From Candidatus Hydrogenedentota bacterium (lineage in GTDB: Bacteria > Hydrogenedentota > Hydrogenedentia > Hydrogenedentales > SLHB01): a DNA stretch of 64,000 bases. Position numbers and translations under genes: made by a program. Every line of letters starts with the position of its first letter. Positions within the stretch are counted from its first letter, which is position 1. The notes under the pieces are model-generated. The model searched no databases and had not been told where the DNA came from. It worked only from the letters and a program-made list of their open reading frames with translations. Location of the stretch: positions 288,001-352,000 of the forward strand of contig CAXXYE010000004.1 in the NCBI GenBank assembly GCA_963674865.2, written 5' to 3'. Shown one piece after another: positions 8,479 to 20,700 of the stretch.

Positions 8479-9909
8479 TTATTTGCTCTCAGTGTGGCCG
8501 CCCGCGTGGGGAAGGGCAGCGTCGTGTGGCCTCCCGGGAATGAGCGTCTGCCCGTCCGTGAATCCCTCTGGGCGGCCGCGCAACTGCTCAATCAGGCGTT
8601 TGCGCCAGAGCGAAAGCGTTTCCGCATGCTCGGGGGCCCGCGCAAGGTCCCGTAACTCATGAGGATCGGCGACGAGATCGAAGAATTGCTCCGATCCATC
8701 ATGTGGAAACCATATGTACTTCACTTTGCCGTCCGTGAGGTAATGATTAGCCTGCTCATAGCTGTAGCATGTTGCGTGTTCCCCGTGGACGAATGTGCGG
8801 CCTATTCCGTCTGTCCGTCCATGGAGAATGGGTGACAGGTCTTTGCCCTCCACCGACGCGGGAATCTCGCATCCTGCAAGGGAAAGAACGCTGGGCATGA
8901 TGTCCTGATGGCATACGGGGATGTCGCATACGGCGCCCGCCGCCACGCCGGGGCCAGACATGAGGAATGGCACTCGAGCCGACCCGTCGTACGCATAGCA
9001 TTTGCGGAAGAGGTAGTGATCGCCGAGCATTTCGCCATGATCACTGGTGAAGATCACGTAAGTGTTACGTAAGTCATCGCGCGACAAGGTTGAAGTCGGA
9101 CCGAGAAGGCGGTGCAGTTGATCGTCGACATGGTTGATCAGGCCGTAATATCCCGCGCGGGCCGAGCGCAAGGCCTCTCCCTCGAGCTGCACTTCGGCGG
9201 ATGCTACCGGCAGGCCTTTACCTTTGTTGGGCGGCGGCGTTGCCCAGTCGCCAATCCACGGCTCTGTCAGATCCTGACGAAGATAACGCTCGAGATAGAA
9301 CGCGGGGGGCACGAGGGGAGGATGCGGGGCGACAAAGGATACCACCAGGAAGAATGGGCAGGAAGGATCACGGCGCTCGAGGAAGCGCAGCGCTTCCGTG
9401 ACGGTCCATGTGGTCTGATGCAGTTTCTCGTCCAAATGCCATGGGCGGGCCTGCCATCCGTTGAACGAGATGCCATGGGCATTGACGTCAACATCGCCTT
9501 GGCTGTTGGCGGCAACGTAGCGATCGTAGTCTTGGCCGTGGAGCACCATCTCATCGAAGCCGTAACGCTTCCGCCGGGGATGAAGATGCATATCGCGCCC
9601 CACGATCGCGGTGTGATAGCCGGCGTCTCGGAGCACGCCAGGCATCGTAGGCGGCGCGTCCCATTCGAGGTGGTCCCTGTAGCCGACGACGCCGTGGGTG
9701 GCGGGATTCTGGCCGGTCATCAGTGAGCGTCGGGCGGCGATGCAGCTCGGACAACTGGAGTAGGCCTGACGGAAATGGACGCCGCTGCCTCCAATGTGGT
9801 CGATGTTCGGGGTGAGCACATTGGGGTGATCCGCCAACGAGAGGCAATCCCCGCGCTGCTGGTCCGTCATGATCAATAGGAAATTGGGGCGCCGATTGCC
9901 GCGGCTCAT
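8479..9909 (-). CDS. sulfatase (arylsulfatase family)
   Basis: Motifs RPNFLLIMTDQQR, CIAARRSLMTG, PHPP, FTSDHGEMLGDH and RVPF. Confidence 0.92.
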   Translation of the reverse strand: MSRGNRRPNFLLIMTDQQRGDCLSLADHPNVLTPNIDHIGGSGVHFRQAYSSCPSCIAARRSLMTGQNPATHGVVGYRDHLEWDAPPTMPGVLRDAGYHTAIVGRDMHLHPRRKRYGFDEMVLHGQDYDRYVAANSQGDVDVNAHGISFNGWQARPWHLDEKLHQTTWTVTEALRFLERRDPSCPFFLVVSFVAPHPPLVPPAFYLERYLRQDLTEPWIGDWATPPPNKGKGLPVASAEVQLEGEALRSARAGYYGLINHVDDQLHRLLGPTSTLSRDDLRNTYVIFTSDHGEMLGDHYLFRKCYAYDGSARVPFLMSGPGVAAGAVCDIPVCHQDIMPSVLSLAGCEIPASVEGKDLSPILHGRTDGIGRTFVHGEHATCYSYEQANHYLTDGKVKYIWFPHDGSEQFFDLVADPHELRDLARAPEHAETLSLWRKRLIEQLRGRPEGFTDGQTLIPGRPHDAALPHAGGHTESK

Positions 9910-9958
9910 GGTGTTCTCCTCCCGGCTTCTGTGCCGATTCCTTCCAGATTCCTTGTCC

Positions 9959-12007
9959 CTACAGACTCCAGACGGCTACCTCATGCGCTGCAAGGGAGAA
10001 TTCATAGGTGTCTTTCGGAGAGCCTGTTTGCGAACCGTCGAGGCGGATGATCCTCCCGCTTGACTGACTGCCAGAGGCCGTGAACATGCCTGCGTCAACC
10101 GAGACCCGGCCACAGGCGGCCTTTTCGGGGGCGCCGACAATAACCGTCGGGCCCCGGGGACTGTCGTAAGCGAAGGCCAGAAAGCCTTCGTCGCAGTCCA
10201 GATGCAATCCTCGCTGGTTCACGAAACGCGCCATGGTCGTGTTGTGCGATGTGGCCCGGCGCAGGCGCGCCAGGGCCGCGACATACTCTCCAAACTCGGG
10301 CTCGTCTTCGAGCGTGCCTTCGCCGCCGTGTACCATCAGGCATAATTGCATGCCCAGCATGAAGGCCAGCGCGGCCCGTTCAAGTTCGTGGTCCACCACC
10401 CAGGACAAGATCGTGTGCGGCATGGCGTAGCGCATCATGGCTACGCGCTCGACTAACGAGGGGGAAGGAGCGGCAATCGACCAACTCATCCACTGATCAA
10501 TGTACGGCGTTGCGTGGATGTCGCACTCCTCGCCAATCACCACGGCTTCTGCATCTCGGCTCAGAAGGAGGTCTCGTACTGCCCCGACAAGTTTCAGTGC
10601 CTCATGATGTGTTGCACCGGGCGGCTGTCCGCTACCGATGAAGCCGTAGTCAGGATGGATCTCGAAAGGCTGGTCATAGAACATGGAGCGGTAGCCTAGA
10701 TCGAGGTAATCGCGTGTCAGTTGGAGCACGCGCTCACGGTGAGCTGGCGAAAAGGGACTGAATACATAACTTTCAGGGCCGATGTGCTTCGCCCAGAGGT
10801 CGCCAAAGGTGTGATTGCCCGTCCAGTTCTCCGTGCGGAACGTGCCCGTATAGCGGCGTTGCACGCGCTCCGGCAAATCCGGTGCAGATAGATGCAGGGC
10901 GACATTCGGATGGCGGAAGTTAATCAGCGCGCAAGTTCGTGTGCCGTCTTCTTCGGCCTGTCGCAGCCCGCGGCTCAGTAATTCACGCTCCTCGGGGCCG
11001 TAGTCGGTTAGGTCGCGGGGATTGTGGCGCGCATAATTCCCGAGTGTGAGCGTGTCCCAGACGCAGAGCATGTCGACGCCGTAGCGGCGTCCTGCGGCGG
11101 CTACTTGGGGGATGACCTCAAGGGGGCGGATCGGCGTGCCGTCGAATCCTCTGAAGAATACGTTTTGAAAGCCTATGCGGGAGCGGATTCCCGGGCGGCT
11201 GTAGTCGGGCGGGCGCCGGGCGTCGAACCAAGCGCGGTAGCGTTCGGCAGTGGCAGTCCAGTCGCTTCCGTGCGCGGCCAAGCCCATGGGAGGGGAGGTC
11301 CACGAGTCCCCGGGCCTTAGGGCGATCATGTGTGCCCAGCCGAACATGAGGCGGAAATCATTGCCGTATCCGGCCAGGTTCTCGATCCAGAATTTGCCGT
11401 TCCTGCCTTCTGTCATGTAGTTGAGATAGGCCAGCCCCCCGCCGGGGCCGGAAACATCCACCCAGGGACAGGCCAACTCCACGGGATAATGCCACCCCTT
11501 CCTCCTCCCGTTGCGGGCATAGTTGTTGCCCGCGGCGGCTTCCAGTGAGCGAGGGGCGATGATGCTGTTGGCGCCAAGAGCAATGCGGCTGCGTTCGCCT
11601 TGGTCGTGCCAGCCGCCCAGGAGGGGGAACGTAGTGTCCAGCACATCTCGCGGCCCCCGATTCGCCACGTGCATGGACAGTCGAAACTCGTCGGGAAGTT
11701 CGCCCGGGCTGATTTCTACTTTGACGGCGACGCCGGTTTCTCGCCCGTCCGCGTCCCTCAGGTTAGGATATGCCAGCACGACGCCATCGCCATGGCGCAC
11801 GCATTCCACCTGCGTCTGATTCTGACTATCGGCATAGCAGGACCACCATGAGTCGGCGGGGATGACTACGCGGAAAAGGCGGGCGTCGTCACGCCCCTCC
11901 CGGTGCGCATCCAGGTGGACGTGGCCCGCCACATCATCTTGGATGCGTAGGATCGAGCCGGTGCGTGGGTCGATGGTGACCTTCGTTCTTCCGCTTGTCA
12001 ATTCCAT
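9959..12007 (-). CDS. hypothetical protein, putative glycoside-hydrolase-like TIM-barrel protein (DUF6259-like)
   Basis: Long ORF with host-like codon usage, a beta-sandwich-like N-terminus and SMFYDQ / IGEEC motifs. ATG at 12007 follows AAAGGA. Confidence 0.6.
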   Translation of the reverse strand: MELTSGRTKVTIDPRTGSILRIQDDVAGHVHLDAHREGRDDARLFRVVIPADSWWSCYADSQNQTQVECVRHGDGVVLAYPNLRDADGRETGVAVKVEISPGELPDEFRLSMHVANRGPRDVLDTTFPLLGGWHDQGERSRIALGANSIIAPRSLEAAAGNNYARNGRRKGWHYPVELACPWVDVSGPGGGLAYLNYMTEGRNGKFWIENLAGYGNDFRLMFGWAHMIALRPGDSWTSPPMGLAAHGSDWTATAERYRAWFDARRPPDYSRPGIRSRIGFQNVFFRGFDGTPIRPLEVIPQVAAAGRRYGVDMLCVWDTLTLGNYARHNPRDLTDYGPEERELLSRGLRQAEEDGTRTCALINFRHPNVALHLSAPDLPERVQRRYTGTFRTENWTGNHTFGDLWAKHIGPESYVFSPFSPAHRERVLQLTRDYLDLGYRSMFYDQPFEIHPDYGFIGSGQPPGATHHEALKLVGAVRDLLLSRDAEAVVIGEECDIHATPYIDQWMSWSIAAPSPSLVERVAMMRYAMPHTILSWVVDHELERAALAFMLGMQLCLMVHGGEGTLEDEPEFGEYVAALARLRRATSHNTTMARFVNQRGLHLDCDEGFLAFAYDSPRGPTVIVGAPEKAACGRVSVDAGMFTASGSQSSGRIIRLDGSQTGSPKDTYEFSLAAHEVAVWSL

Positions 12008-12340
12008 GGCGAGATGATCCTTTTCTCTGTTGACGCGGGCTGCGTGGGCGACGCGAAGCATCAGGCATCTTGTGTCGGCCAGTTGTGCCTACCGCAAGGC
12101 CACGCACCGCGCCCCCATCGTAACATCTCCCTGACATCGTGCTCACTCCTTTTGAGCCGATGCGGTGGATCGGGGGCCTCCAGTGATGACTCTTGTGCGG
12201 GCGGGATGTGCTGCATCGCGTTGGAGGGTGCTTCCCAAGTCGAACACCTTGACGACTATGTGCCAGGCTCTTATGCTGACACGAGCCAAGACGGCATTTG
12301 TGGTGTCGAGCGGAGCACGACGGATGGAGGAGGGCGCGGG

Positions 12341-14497
12341 ATGCGAGTGCAAGGCTATGTAGCGGGAGCGATGCTGCTGCTGTCGAGTTTCGCTGTCTTT
12401 GCTTCGGGGGAGCCTCGGGAGTGGCCGGCATGGCGTGAGGTCCCGGATGGCAGGTTCGGCATTGCCCACGGCGGCGTGGCCGTTCGAGGACGCCTGCCTT
12501 TGCACGATTTCTACCTCATGGAACAGGCCGGGATCACATGGACGCGCGTGACGCCGGAGCAAGTTTTGAATTGGTGGGGCGCGACGGAACTCGGCAATCT
12601 CGAGTGGACGCCATGGGCGCGTCTTGACAATTTCCTTGGGGAGGCCGCGTGTCATGGCGTGAACACACTTATGCTTCTGTCGCAGCCCATGGGCCACATG
12701 CAAACCGAGGATGGCAAGCATGTCTATACATACATACCTGCCGAGGGGGAGCGCTTTGATGAACACATCCGGTTTGTGCGGGAGCTGGCCGCCCGGTGCA
12801 AGGGGAAAGTGCATGTTTGGGAATTCGTCAACGAGATGAATCTCCACCACTACCGCTATGGTGTTCCGAGCGTGGACGAATACCTGGCGTGGCTCAAACC
12901 GACGTACGAGGCGATCAAGAAAATCGACCCGGAGGCCCGCCTGACTAGCGGCGGGTTTGGCTACCGCCCGATCCCCTATCTCCGGGAGATGATGGAGAAG
13001 GGCGCGGGGGCGTTTTTTGACATCCTGAACGTTCACTATTATCCAAATAGGCCGGAGGACATGTTTTTCGAATGGGTCGAGGAACTCCGCGATATTCTCA
13101 AGGAGTACGGCCTGAACAAGCCGATCTGGATTACGGAAATCGGTTGGACGACCTCCGAGGGCAGCACAAGTGAGGAGGATCACGGCGATTACATGAGCCG
13201 GGCGGCGGTCATGTGCCTGGCCAGCGGCGTGTCCGTCGTGTTTCCCCACATGATCGGCTGCTTCGGACTCGAGCCAACGGATGATGAGTTCAATTTCGGC
13301 CTGCTGCGGGTGGATGATTCGCCCAAACCGGCGTGGACGTCATACAAGTCTACGATCCGCCAGCTTTGGGGGAAGGATTTCGTGGGCGACATCCTGGGTG
13401 AATTCGGCGACGTGCGCGGATATCTCTTTGAACGCGGCGAAGAGCGGACGGTTGCCTTATGGGCGCTCTATGGGCCTGAAGAGCTCGTGCTCCCGGTGGA
13501 TACGCCGCTGCTTACGATTGTGGACGCCTATGGCAAGCCCGTTTTCCCAAGCATCGACGGCGGCGAACTGAGACTAAGCCTGAGCGAAACGCCCGTCTTC
13601 GTGACGGGCCGCCCACTGGAAGCATTGCGGCGCCGGGCGTGCGTACGCGTCACGGCTCCGGTAGACGCCGCGCTGTCCGGCACGCCACTGCCCGTCGGCT
13701 TGGCCGTGGCCTCGAACACCCTCCAGTCGCAAGGCGTAGCCGTGCAGGCCAGGGCATTTCCCGCGGGCACGGTTGAGCCTAGTGAGGCCACTTTCACGGC
13801 GGGACAGGCGCCGGTAGAGGTGGCTTTCATCCTCACGCCTGAGGAATTGACAGGCGGCGATCTGGCCACGGGCATCGAATTCACCGTGAAATACGAAGAC
13901 GGGGCCAAGGTCGAGCGTCAATTCCGCCGGTTCATGCCGTATCCATGGCTCATCTGCGGGCCCTTTCCCAATCCTGAAGGCGAAGTGAAAGAACCTGTCG
14001 ATGGTACGGGGCTGGACATCGACTACCTTGTCGAACACGGCGGAGAAGCCTCCATCGAACCTGTTTTGGGTATGACGCACACGGGCTCACTCGCGCCTGA
14101 CGGGGCCGCTGTTTGGCGCAAAGCCACCGAGTATCGTGGGGAACGTGTGGGCTTCGAGCGTGAATTCACAGAGAGCCGCATAGGGGTGGCCTATGCCTAC
14201 GTGAGCATCCATGCCGACAAAGCCGGCCCGGTGAAGTTCGTCTTGGGGAGTAATGACGGCGTGAAGGTGTGGGTAAACCACAAGCTTATCCACCACAACC
14301 ACCGCCATCGAAACTCCTATCGCGAGACGGACATCTTGACGGTGAATCTCAACGAAGGCGAGAATCCGTGTCTGGTAAAGGTGGAGCAGGTCGGCGGCAA
14401 GTGGAACTTCTATCTCCACCCGTGGCGCAAGGGCGACCCTCCCGTCTCGATGGTGGGGGGCATGCAGGTGGCGGCACCGTTTTTCGTCGCCCCGTGA
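12341..14497 (+). CDS. secreted clan GH-A glycoside hydrolase (GH39/GH5-like) with a C-terminal beta-sandwich domain
   Basis: Signal peptide MRVQGYVAGAMLLLSSFAVFA; acid/base motif WEFVNEMN, LNVHYY, and nucleophile motif IWITEIGW; RBS GGAGG. Confidence 0.8.
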   Translation: MRVQGYVAGAMLLLSSFAVFASGEPREWPAWREVPDGRFGIAHGGVAVRGRLPLHDFYLMEQAGITWTRVTPEQVLNWWGATELGNLEWTPWARLDNFLGEAACHGVNTLMLLSQPMGHMQTEDGKHVYTYIPAEGERFDEHIRFVRELAARCKGKVHVWEFVNEMNLHHYRYGVPSVDEYLAWLKPTYEAIKKIDPEARLTSGGFGYRPIPYLREMMEKGAGAFFDILNVHYYPNRPEDMFFEWVEELRDILKEYGLNKPIWITEIGWTTSEGSTSEEDHGDYMSRAAVMCLASGVSVVFPHMIGCFGLEPTDDEFNFGLLRVDDSPKPAWTSYKSTIRQLWGKDFVGDILGEFGDVRGYLFERGEERTVALWALYGPEELVLPVDTPLLTIVDAYGKPVFPSIDGGELRLSLSETPVFVTGRPLEALRRRACVRVTAPVDAALSGTPLPVGLAVASNTLQSQGVAVQARAFPAGTVEPSEATFTAGQAPVEVAFILTPEELTGGDLATGIEFTVKYEDGAKVERQFRRFMPYPWLICGPFPNPEGEVKEPVDGTGLDIDYLVEHGGEASIEPVLGMTHTGSLAPDGAAVWRKATEYRGERVGFEREFTESRIGVAYAYVSIHADKAGPVKFVLGSNDGVKVWVNHKLIHHNHRHRNSYRETDILTVNLNEGENPCLVKVEQVGGKWNFYLHPWRKGDPPVSMVGGMQVAAPFFVAP

Positions 14498-14798
14498 AAC
14501 AGTGGCCATGGTGCGGCACCTGCAGAATCCCGCGAGTGTTGGGGGACGGGACACCGTTTAATCAGGGGCATTCAAGCCACGGTAACCTTGTTCTGAGGCG
14601 ATTTGAGAGAAGATAAGGGGATTCTGCGGCAAGCTCTTGCCCCTTGGAGGCGAGGAACTCCTTTCGGGCGTGGAACGTTGAGGGGATTCGAGATATTAAC
14701 CACGAGGGGCTGGGGGCCTTGCCGGGTGGTGGCAGGTATCACTAGAGTAGGGCCTCGCCGCTCGCCATGGCCAATTATCTGCAAGGAGACACGGGAAG

Positions 14799-17700
14799 AT
14801 GTCCAGGAACTTGACACAGAAACTCGCCTATCCACTTGCCTTATCTCTGGCGGCGATAGCGATCCTGAGCGGCGTGTACCTCGCCTCCGTCGCCAAGAAT
14901 GAGGATGAGGCGCCCTCGGGCGCCGCCAGGGCCGAAGGGGAGCAACCGGCGGCGTCGCTGCCCGCAGCGCCCGCGGGCGAGGCCGGGATAGTTGCCACGG
15001 ACACACATTCCGCGAACGGCCCGCCCGATGAGGAGCCGCCGGAAGCGGGGCCGCCTCTCCGACTGGCTGAGCCGCAGGAAGGGATGCTGAACATCATCGG
15101 CATGATCCCTTTGCACGGCCAGAGGCTGGAGAAGCAGATTGTTTTGTTCTTCGACGATGACATCGTGCTGCCTACGTCTCCTGATGGAACGCCGGGCGAA
15201 CCGTTTACACTCTCTCCTCCTCTCAAGGGGCAATTCCGTGTTGAAAGAAACTACGCGGCCTTCCTGCTCACGCCCAACCAAAGCCTTCCGCCGTCGGCCT
15301 ATTTTGACCTCTGTGTCGAGCCAGGTATCCGCTCGAAAGACGGTAAGGCGCTTGGGCGTGAGCAGGGCAATCTGCGCGTTGCCATGTTCGCGTTTGAGCC
15401 TCAACGGGTGTGGCTGCTTGAGAAGAACGAGGAGCGAACCGTTCTCGGCATCTTCTTCCCGGTAACGGTTGACGTCGGGGCGCTCCGTGCCTGTCTCGAA
15501 GTGAGGGATGGCTCGGACAGGGAAGTTCCGTTCTCCCTGGAATACGGCACGTCGAAGCAGTCTTTCCGCCTCTTTGTGGATAGCAAGGCGGAGATTCCGC
15601 TGAAGCTGAAGGTTGAGGCGGGGCTACGGGACGCGCAAGGCCAGTTCACGCTGGCGCTGGATCGTACGTTCACCTATCCGGCGGATCCCTTCTTCCATGT
15701 TGAGGAAGTGAAGTGGGGCGGACGATCGCAGAATCACCAAGATTTGCTGATCCGTTTCACCAAGCCTGTGCGCGGCGAGGAACTGAGGTGGCACGCCGTC
15801 TTCACCAATATGGCCGACAAAGAGCGGATATCCTTTGACGTGCCTGATAAGGGGCTAAACACACAGCAACGCGTCCGGCTCATGAGAAAGGGCGATGAGG
15901 GAGCCGTCCGTGTAGCGCTTTCGGCCGATCTGCCGGGTGAGCAGGCGACGCGTCTGGTGGAGGACTACACCGAGGTGCTCCCGCCCGCCCCGGTGCCTTT
16001 GGCGGTATCGGGGACGCAATGGGGGCCTTCAGCTAACAACGAGTACGTCCTCTTCATCCGCTTCTCCAGTCCCGTGGCGCGCGAGGATCTGGAGGAGCAC
16101 CTCACCATCGTGGACGAGAAGACGAGCGAGCCGCTCGAGTACACCATCGACACGCGCCAGATCGCTGACAGTCACCGTGTGAGGTTTTCCTACCTTTCGC
16201 CTGAAGGGCCGCGCGTCACCTTGAGCGTTTCGGATGGCCTGACGGCGCCAGACAAGTCCGTCCTGCTCGAATCCTACACGACATCGCTCAAGTGGAGTCC
16301 GCCGAAGCTCTACATTCACAACCTTGCCTATCAAACTGAGGGTGCTGCCGGGATCGTCGTTCGCGTGAGGCTGAATAGGATAATCAATGTGACGGATCTT
16401 CAGAAGCATCTGCAGGTCTTTCCGGACGTCGGCGAGGTGCGGGCGGTTGCGGGGAACCGGATGCAATACACGCTGTACGCGAAGTGGCGTATGGACGTTC
16501 CCTACGAAATACGCGTCCAGCCGGGCGTCAAGTTCGCTGACGGCTCGCTTAGCAGCAATACCGCAACGCGCTCATTCACCATCAACGACCTTCGGCCGGC
16601 CCTCGCGTTCAGCCACCCGGGCAAGTACTACTTCACCATGCGCGAGGGGACTCCGCTGAGCATTCAATCTTTCGGGCTCCACCAGACGCGGGTGACGGTT
16701 CACCGGGTGTTTCCTTCAAACGTTGTCTACGCCTTGGGGAGACTGACGCAGGAGGAGGAATACGACTTCCGTCGAAGGGGGGCGCGCGAATCCGTAGACG
16801 ACACCATCGCGCAGTGGGCTGAGAAGTTGTATGAGAAGAACATAGAGCTTGCCTACGGCCGGGGGGAGGTCACCGATACCAACCTGGACATGGCGGACGT
16901 CTTGCCCGCAGACAAGCGGGGCGTTTTCTGTCTTGAGGCCGAGTGTAAGGTCGGTGACATCAATTACCGTGCCGAGAAGCTGGTTATGTTCACAAACATC
17001 GGCCTGCTCTCGCACTGGCAAGATGATCAGGTGGTCCTTTTCGCCCACGACTTGATGACGCTGGCGCCGCTTCAACGGGCGCGTGTGTCGATCTACTCGA
17101 CGAAGAGGCAACTGATGCACATGGGATACACCGACGGGAGCGGGGTCCTCCGCGCCGGCGGATTCGATACGGAACTTGGGGAGCCGCAGTTGGCCATCGT
17201 CGAGTTCGGGGATGATACAGCGTTTCTCGAACTCATTCCGAGGAAGGATGATACGGCCGCGATCAAGCCAGGCATGCCGCGGTACGATAGCGAGGCATAC
17301 GACGCCTTCCTGTACGCCGACCGCGATCTATATCGGCCGGGCGAGACCGTCCACTTGCGCTGGATGGTTCGCACGGATTTCGGCGATGCGCTGGCTGATG
17401 TACCTCTTGAGTTCGTGATCGGCGGGCCGAGGAATCGGGAAATCCGGCGGCAGCCGACGACCTTGTCGGCCTTCGGGACGAACGGATTCGACTATGTGAC
17501 GTCGAAGACCGATCCCACCGGGGAGTACAGAGTCGAGCTGAGGCTGCCGGGCTCGCATGACGCGCCCATCGGCTCCTACCGATTCCGGCTTGAGGAGTTT
17601 GTGCCGAACCGGCTGAAGACGACCGTGGAACTGCCTGCCAAGGAAATGCGGCCGGATACGGAATATCCGATTGTGGTCAAGGCGGAGCACCTGTTCGGAG

Positions 17701-20700
17701 CGAGCGGCGCGGATCGCAAGAGCGCATGCGAAGTTGTGCTGGAGAAAAGCGACTGGAAGCCCGAAGCCTGGCCGGGATACCGCTTCTCGAATGACAGACA
17801 CTTCACCCGCGACCGCGTCAACTGTGGTGAAGAGCAGACGGATGAGGACGGTAAGGCCACCTATACGTTCTCCTATGTCCCGGTGGCCGATGCAACATTC
17901 CCGCTGCGCGTTACGGCCTTCGGCAGCGTGTTCGAGCTGGGGGGGCGAGTGGTGACGCAGAAGGCCGATGCCGTCTTTTTTCCCTCGGACATATGCCTTG
18001 GAGTCCGCGCCAGCAAGCCGTCGGACGGCTCGGGCGTCGAGGTGCACGTCGCGGCCGTCACGCCCGATGGCGCGCCCGCGGACCTCACGTCCGTCAAAGT
18101 GACGCTGGAGCGGCAGGTGTGGGACTACTATATCCGGCGCTACGATAGCCGCTACGAATCCAATTGGGCGGACTCGTATGAGGAAATTGAGACGCGCGAG
18201 GTGCCGCTCGACGCGGGACGTGGGGCGGTAACGATGGACGTGAAGGGATACGGAAGATACCGCGTTCGCGTCCACTCGGAGCAAACGCCGCAATTCAGCA
18301 CGTTGTCTTTCCACTCCTATTGGTACGGGGCCCAGATCTCTTTCGGCGATAGCGCCCGGCCCACATTGATCAAGCTGGAGGTGGATAAAGAGCGCTACCG
18401 CCCCGGGGACGAGGCGGTGCTGCTTGTGGAGTCGCCCTTTGACGGGCGGGGCCTGGTGGTGGTCCAGGGCGAGGCGATCCAAAACATGATCCCCTTCGAG
18501 ATCAAGGGCAATAAGGCTGAGGTAAAGGTGCCTATCACGGCGGAGAACGTGCCCAATCTGTGGCTCGAGGTGACGGCGCTGCATGAGCTGAAAACCGACC
18601 GCGCCCAGGTCTACCCCTTCTCGAGTTTCGCCATGATCCCGCTGCGCGTCGAGCATGCCAATCGCGTTTTGCACGTAGAATTCCCGGGATTGCCGGAGGA
18701 GATCCGGCCCGCCACCGGGGCGCAATTCGAGATAAGCGTGCGCGACGGCGAAGGAAAACCGGTTCAGGCGGAACTCACGCTCGCGGCCGTGGATGAGGGC
18801 ATTCACGCGATTACGGACTATCGCACGCCGGATCCCTATGGCTTCTTCTCGCGGCCCCGGCAGCCGGACTACCGGCGCGCCCACTACTACGACAAAGTGG
18901 CGTACTCCTTTGACAAGCCTGGTTTCGGCGGCGGGTCGGAGCGGAGTAAGCGCGCCCTTACCATCGGGGAGAACTGGATCAGGCCGGTGGCGCTGTGGTC
19001 GGGCGTGGTCGAAACAGACGCCGAGGGCAAGGCTCTTGTTTCGATGGACTTGCCGGAGTTCACGGGACAGCTCCGCCTGGTGGCCGTGGCGTGCTCCGCG
19101 ACGGCAAGCGGGGCGGGCAGTGGAAACGTGTTCGTCAGGCGGCCGTTTGTCCTTCGCACCAGCATGCCGCGTTTCATGCTGCCCGGTGACGTGGCCGACT
19201 GCGCCGCCATCGTCTTCAACACGACGGAGCAGCCGGCTCAGGCAGCAATATCTTGGACTGCGTCGGGGCCGGTAAGCACCGAAGGCGGCGAGGAGCGCCT
19301 TGAAATCGGGCCAAAGGCCGAGGGGCGGGCCTTGGCGCGTTTCACTGCCGCTCAGGGCGTCGGACAGGGGCATATCACGTGGCGTGTCGTCGTAACCGAT
19401 GCGCAAGGCCACCAACTGGAAGACCTTAAGCTGGAGGCGCCGATGCCCGTGCGCCCCTCATCGAGCTATCAGTCCGACTATCAGTTCGCCGTATTGGATC
19501 CGGGACAGACTCGCGCCTTCAAGAATGAGCGGTTCCTCGAGAACGCGTGGGCGGAGTGTCATATCTCCGTCACGGCGGATCCGCTTTCGCGACTCGAACC
19601 GGCGCTGAAATACCTCATCGACTACCCCTACGGGTGCATTGAGCAAACGGTTTCGCGCCTTATGCCGCTGTACTTGCTGCGGTCGAGCCGAGCGACGCTC
19701 GGGCATGCGGCAGAGGATAGCGAGGCACTGAGTACGATTATCGAGGCAGGTATCCAGCGTATTTTCTCAATGCAGATGCCGAACGGCGGACTGGCGGCTT
19801 GGCCGGGCGGCTATCGCACCTATCCGTACGGCTCTCTGTATGCGCTCCACTTCCTGACGCTGGTGAAGAATGATCGCCAGTTCCCTGTCCCCGGCGCGCC
19901 GTATAACGGGCTCCAGCAGTACGCGCGGACAGTCGCCTCCGATTGGTCGGACGCTTCCGAGTCGCACCTGTACCAGCGGGCTTATGCGCTGTACGTGTTG
20001 ACGCTGGGGGGAGATCTCGAGGCGGCCAAGCAGATTGGGCGGTTCGACAACATCAAGATGCCGCAGCCGGGGCGGTATCTCCTGGCCGCGGCTCTGGCGC
20101 GGGCGACGCAGGACGCCGATCGCGTCAAGATGTATCTCACGGAAATGCCATCCGTTCCCTACGAGGTGGTCGAGCAGTCCGGGAGTCTCAGTTCAGACAT
20201 CCGCAATGTTGCCGTCGAACTCATGGCGCTACACCAGATGGGCGGCGAGCCCGATGAGGTCCACGCGCGGGCGGAGACGCTGATCCGCTATTTCGAATGG
20301 CGGCGGCATGGGAATACGCAGGAGACTGCTTTCGCCGTCACGGCCTTGTGCGAGTATCTGGGCGAACTGGCGGCGGGACTCGAGAGCCCTTCGGCTACTA
20401 TCGCCGGGCCTTCGGGCAGCATGGGCATCGCGGATCAAGGCCTTTACGTCGATAGCCACCAAGGCCCGGGCGCTGAATACACCGTGACGAACACGGGCCA
20501 ATCGCCCATGTTTGTCAATCTCACTACCAAGGGCTTTCTCGCGAAATCCGAGACTGCCGCTGTCCGCGAAGGCGTCGGCGTGGAGCGGATTATCCTGACA
20601 AAGGAGGGGATGCCCATAGAGGATACGGCCGTGAGGCAAACGGACACGTACGTCGTGCATCTCACGATCCACGCCGATGCGCGCAGGGACAACCTTGTTG

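Noticed and set aside
14768..14783. GG-N10-GC motif TGGCCAATTATCTGCA before the macroglobulin gene
   Set aside because: Too close to the start codon: the implied TSS would fall downstream of the AAGGAG RBS, and the -12 box lacks TTGC.
17328..19415. 695-aa minus-strand ORF
   Set aside because: Lies entirely antisense to the alpha-2-macroglobulin gene with no motifs; a typical high-GC shadow ORF.
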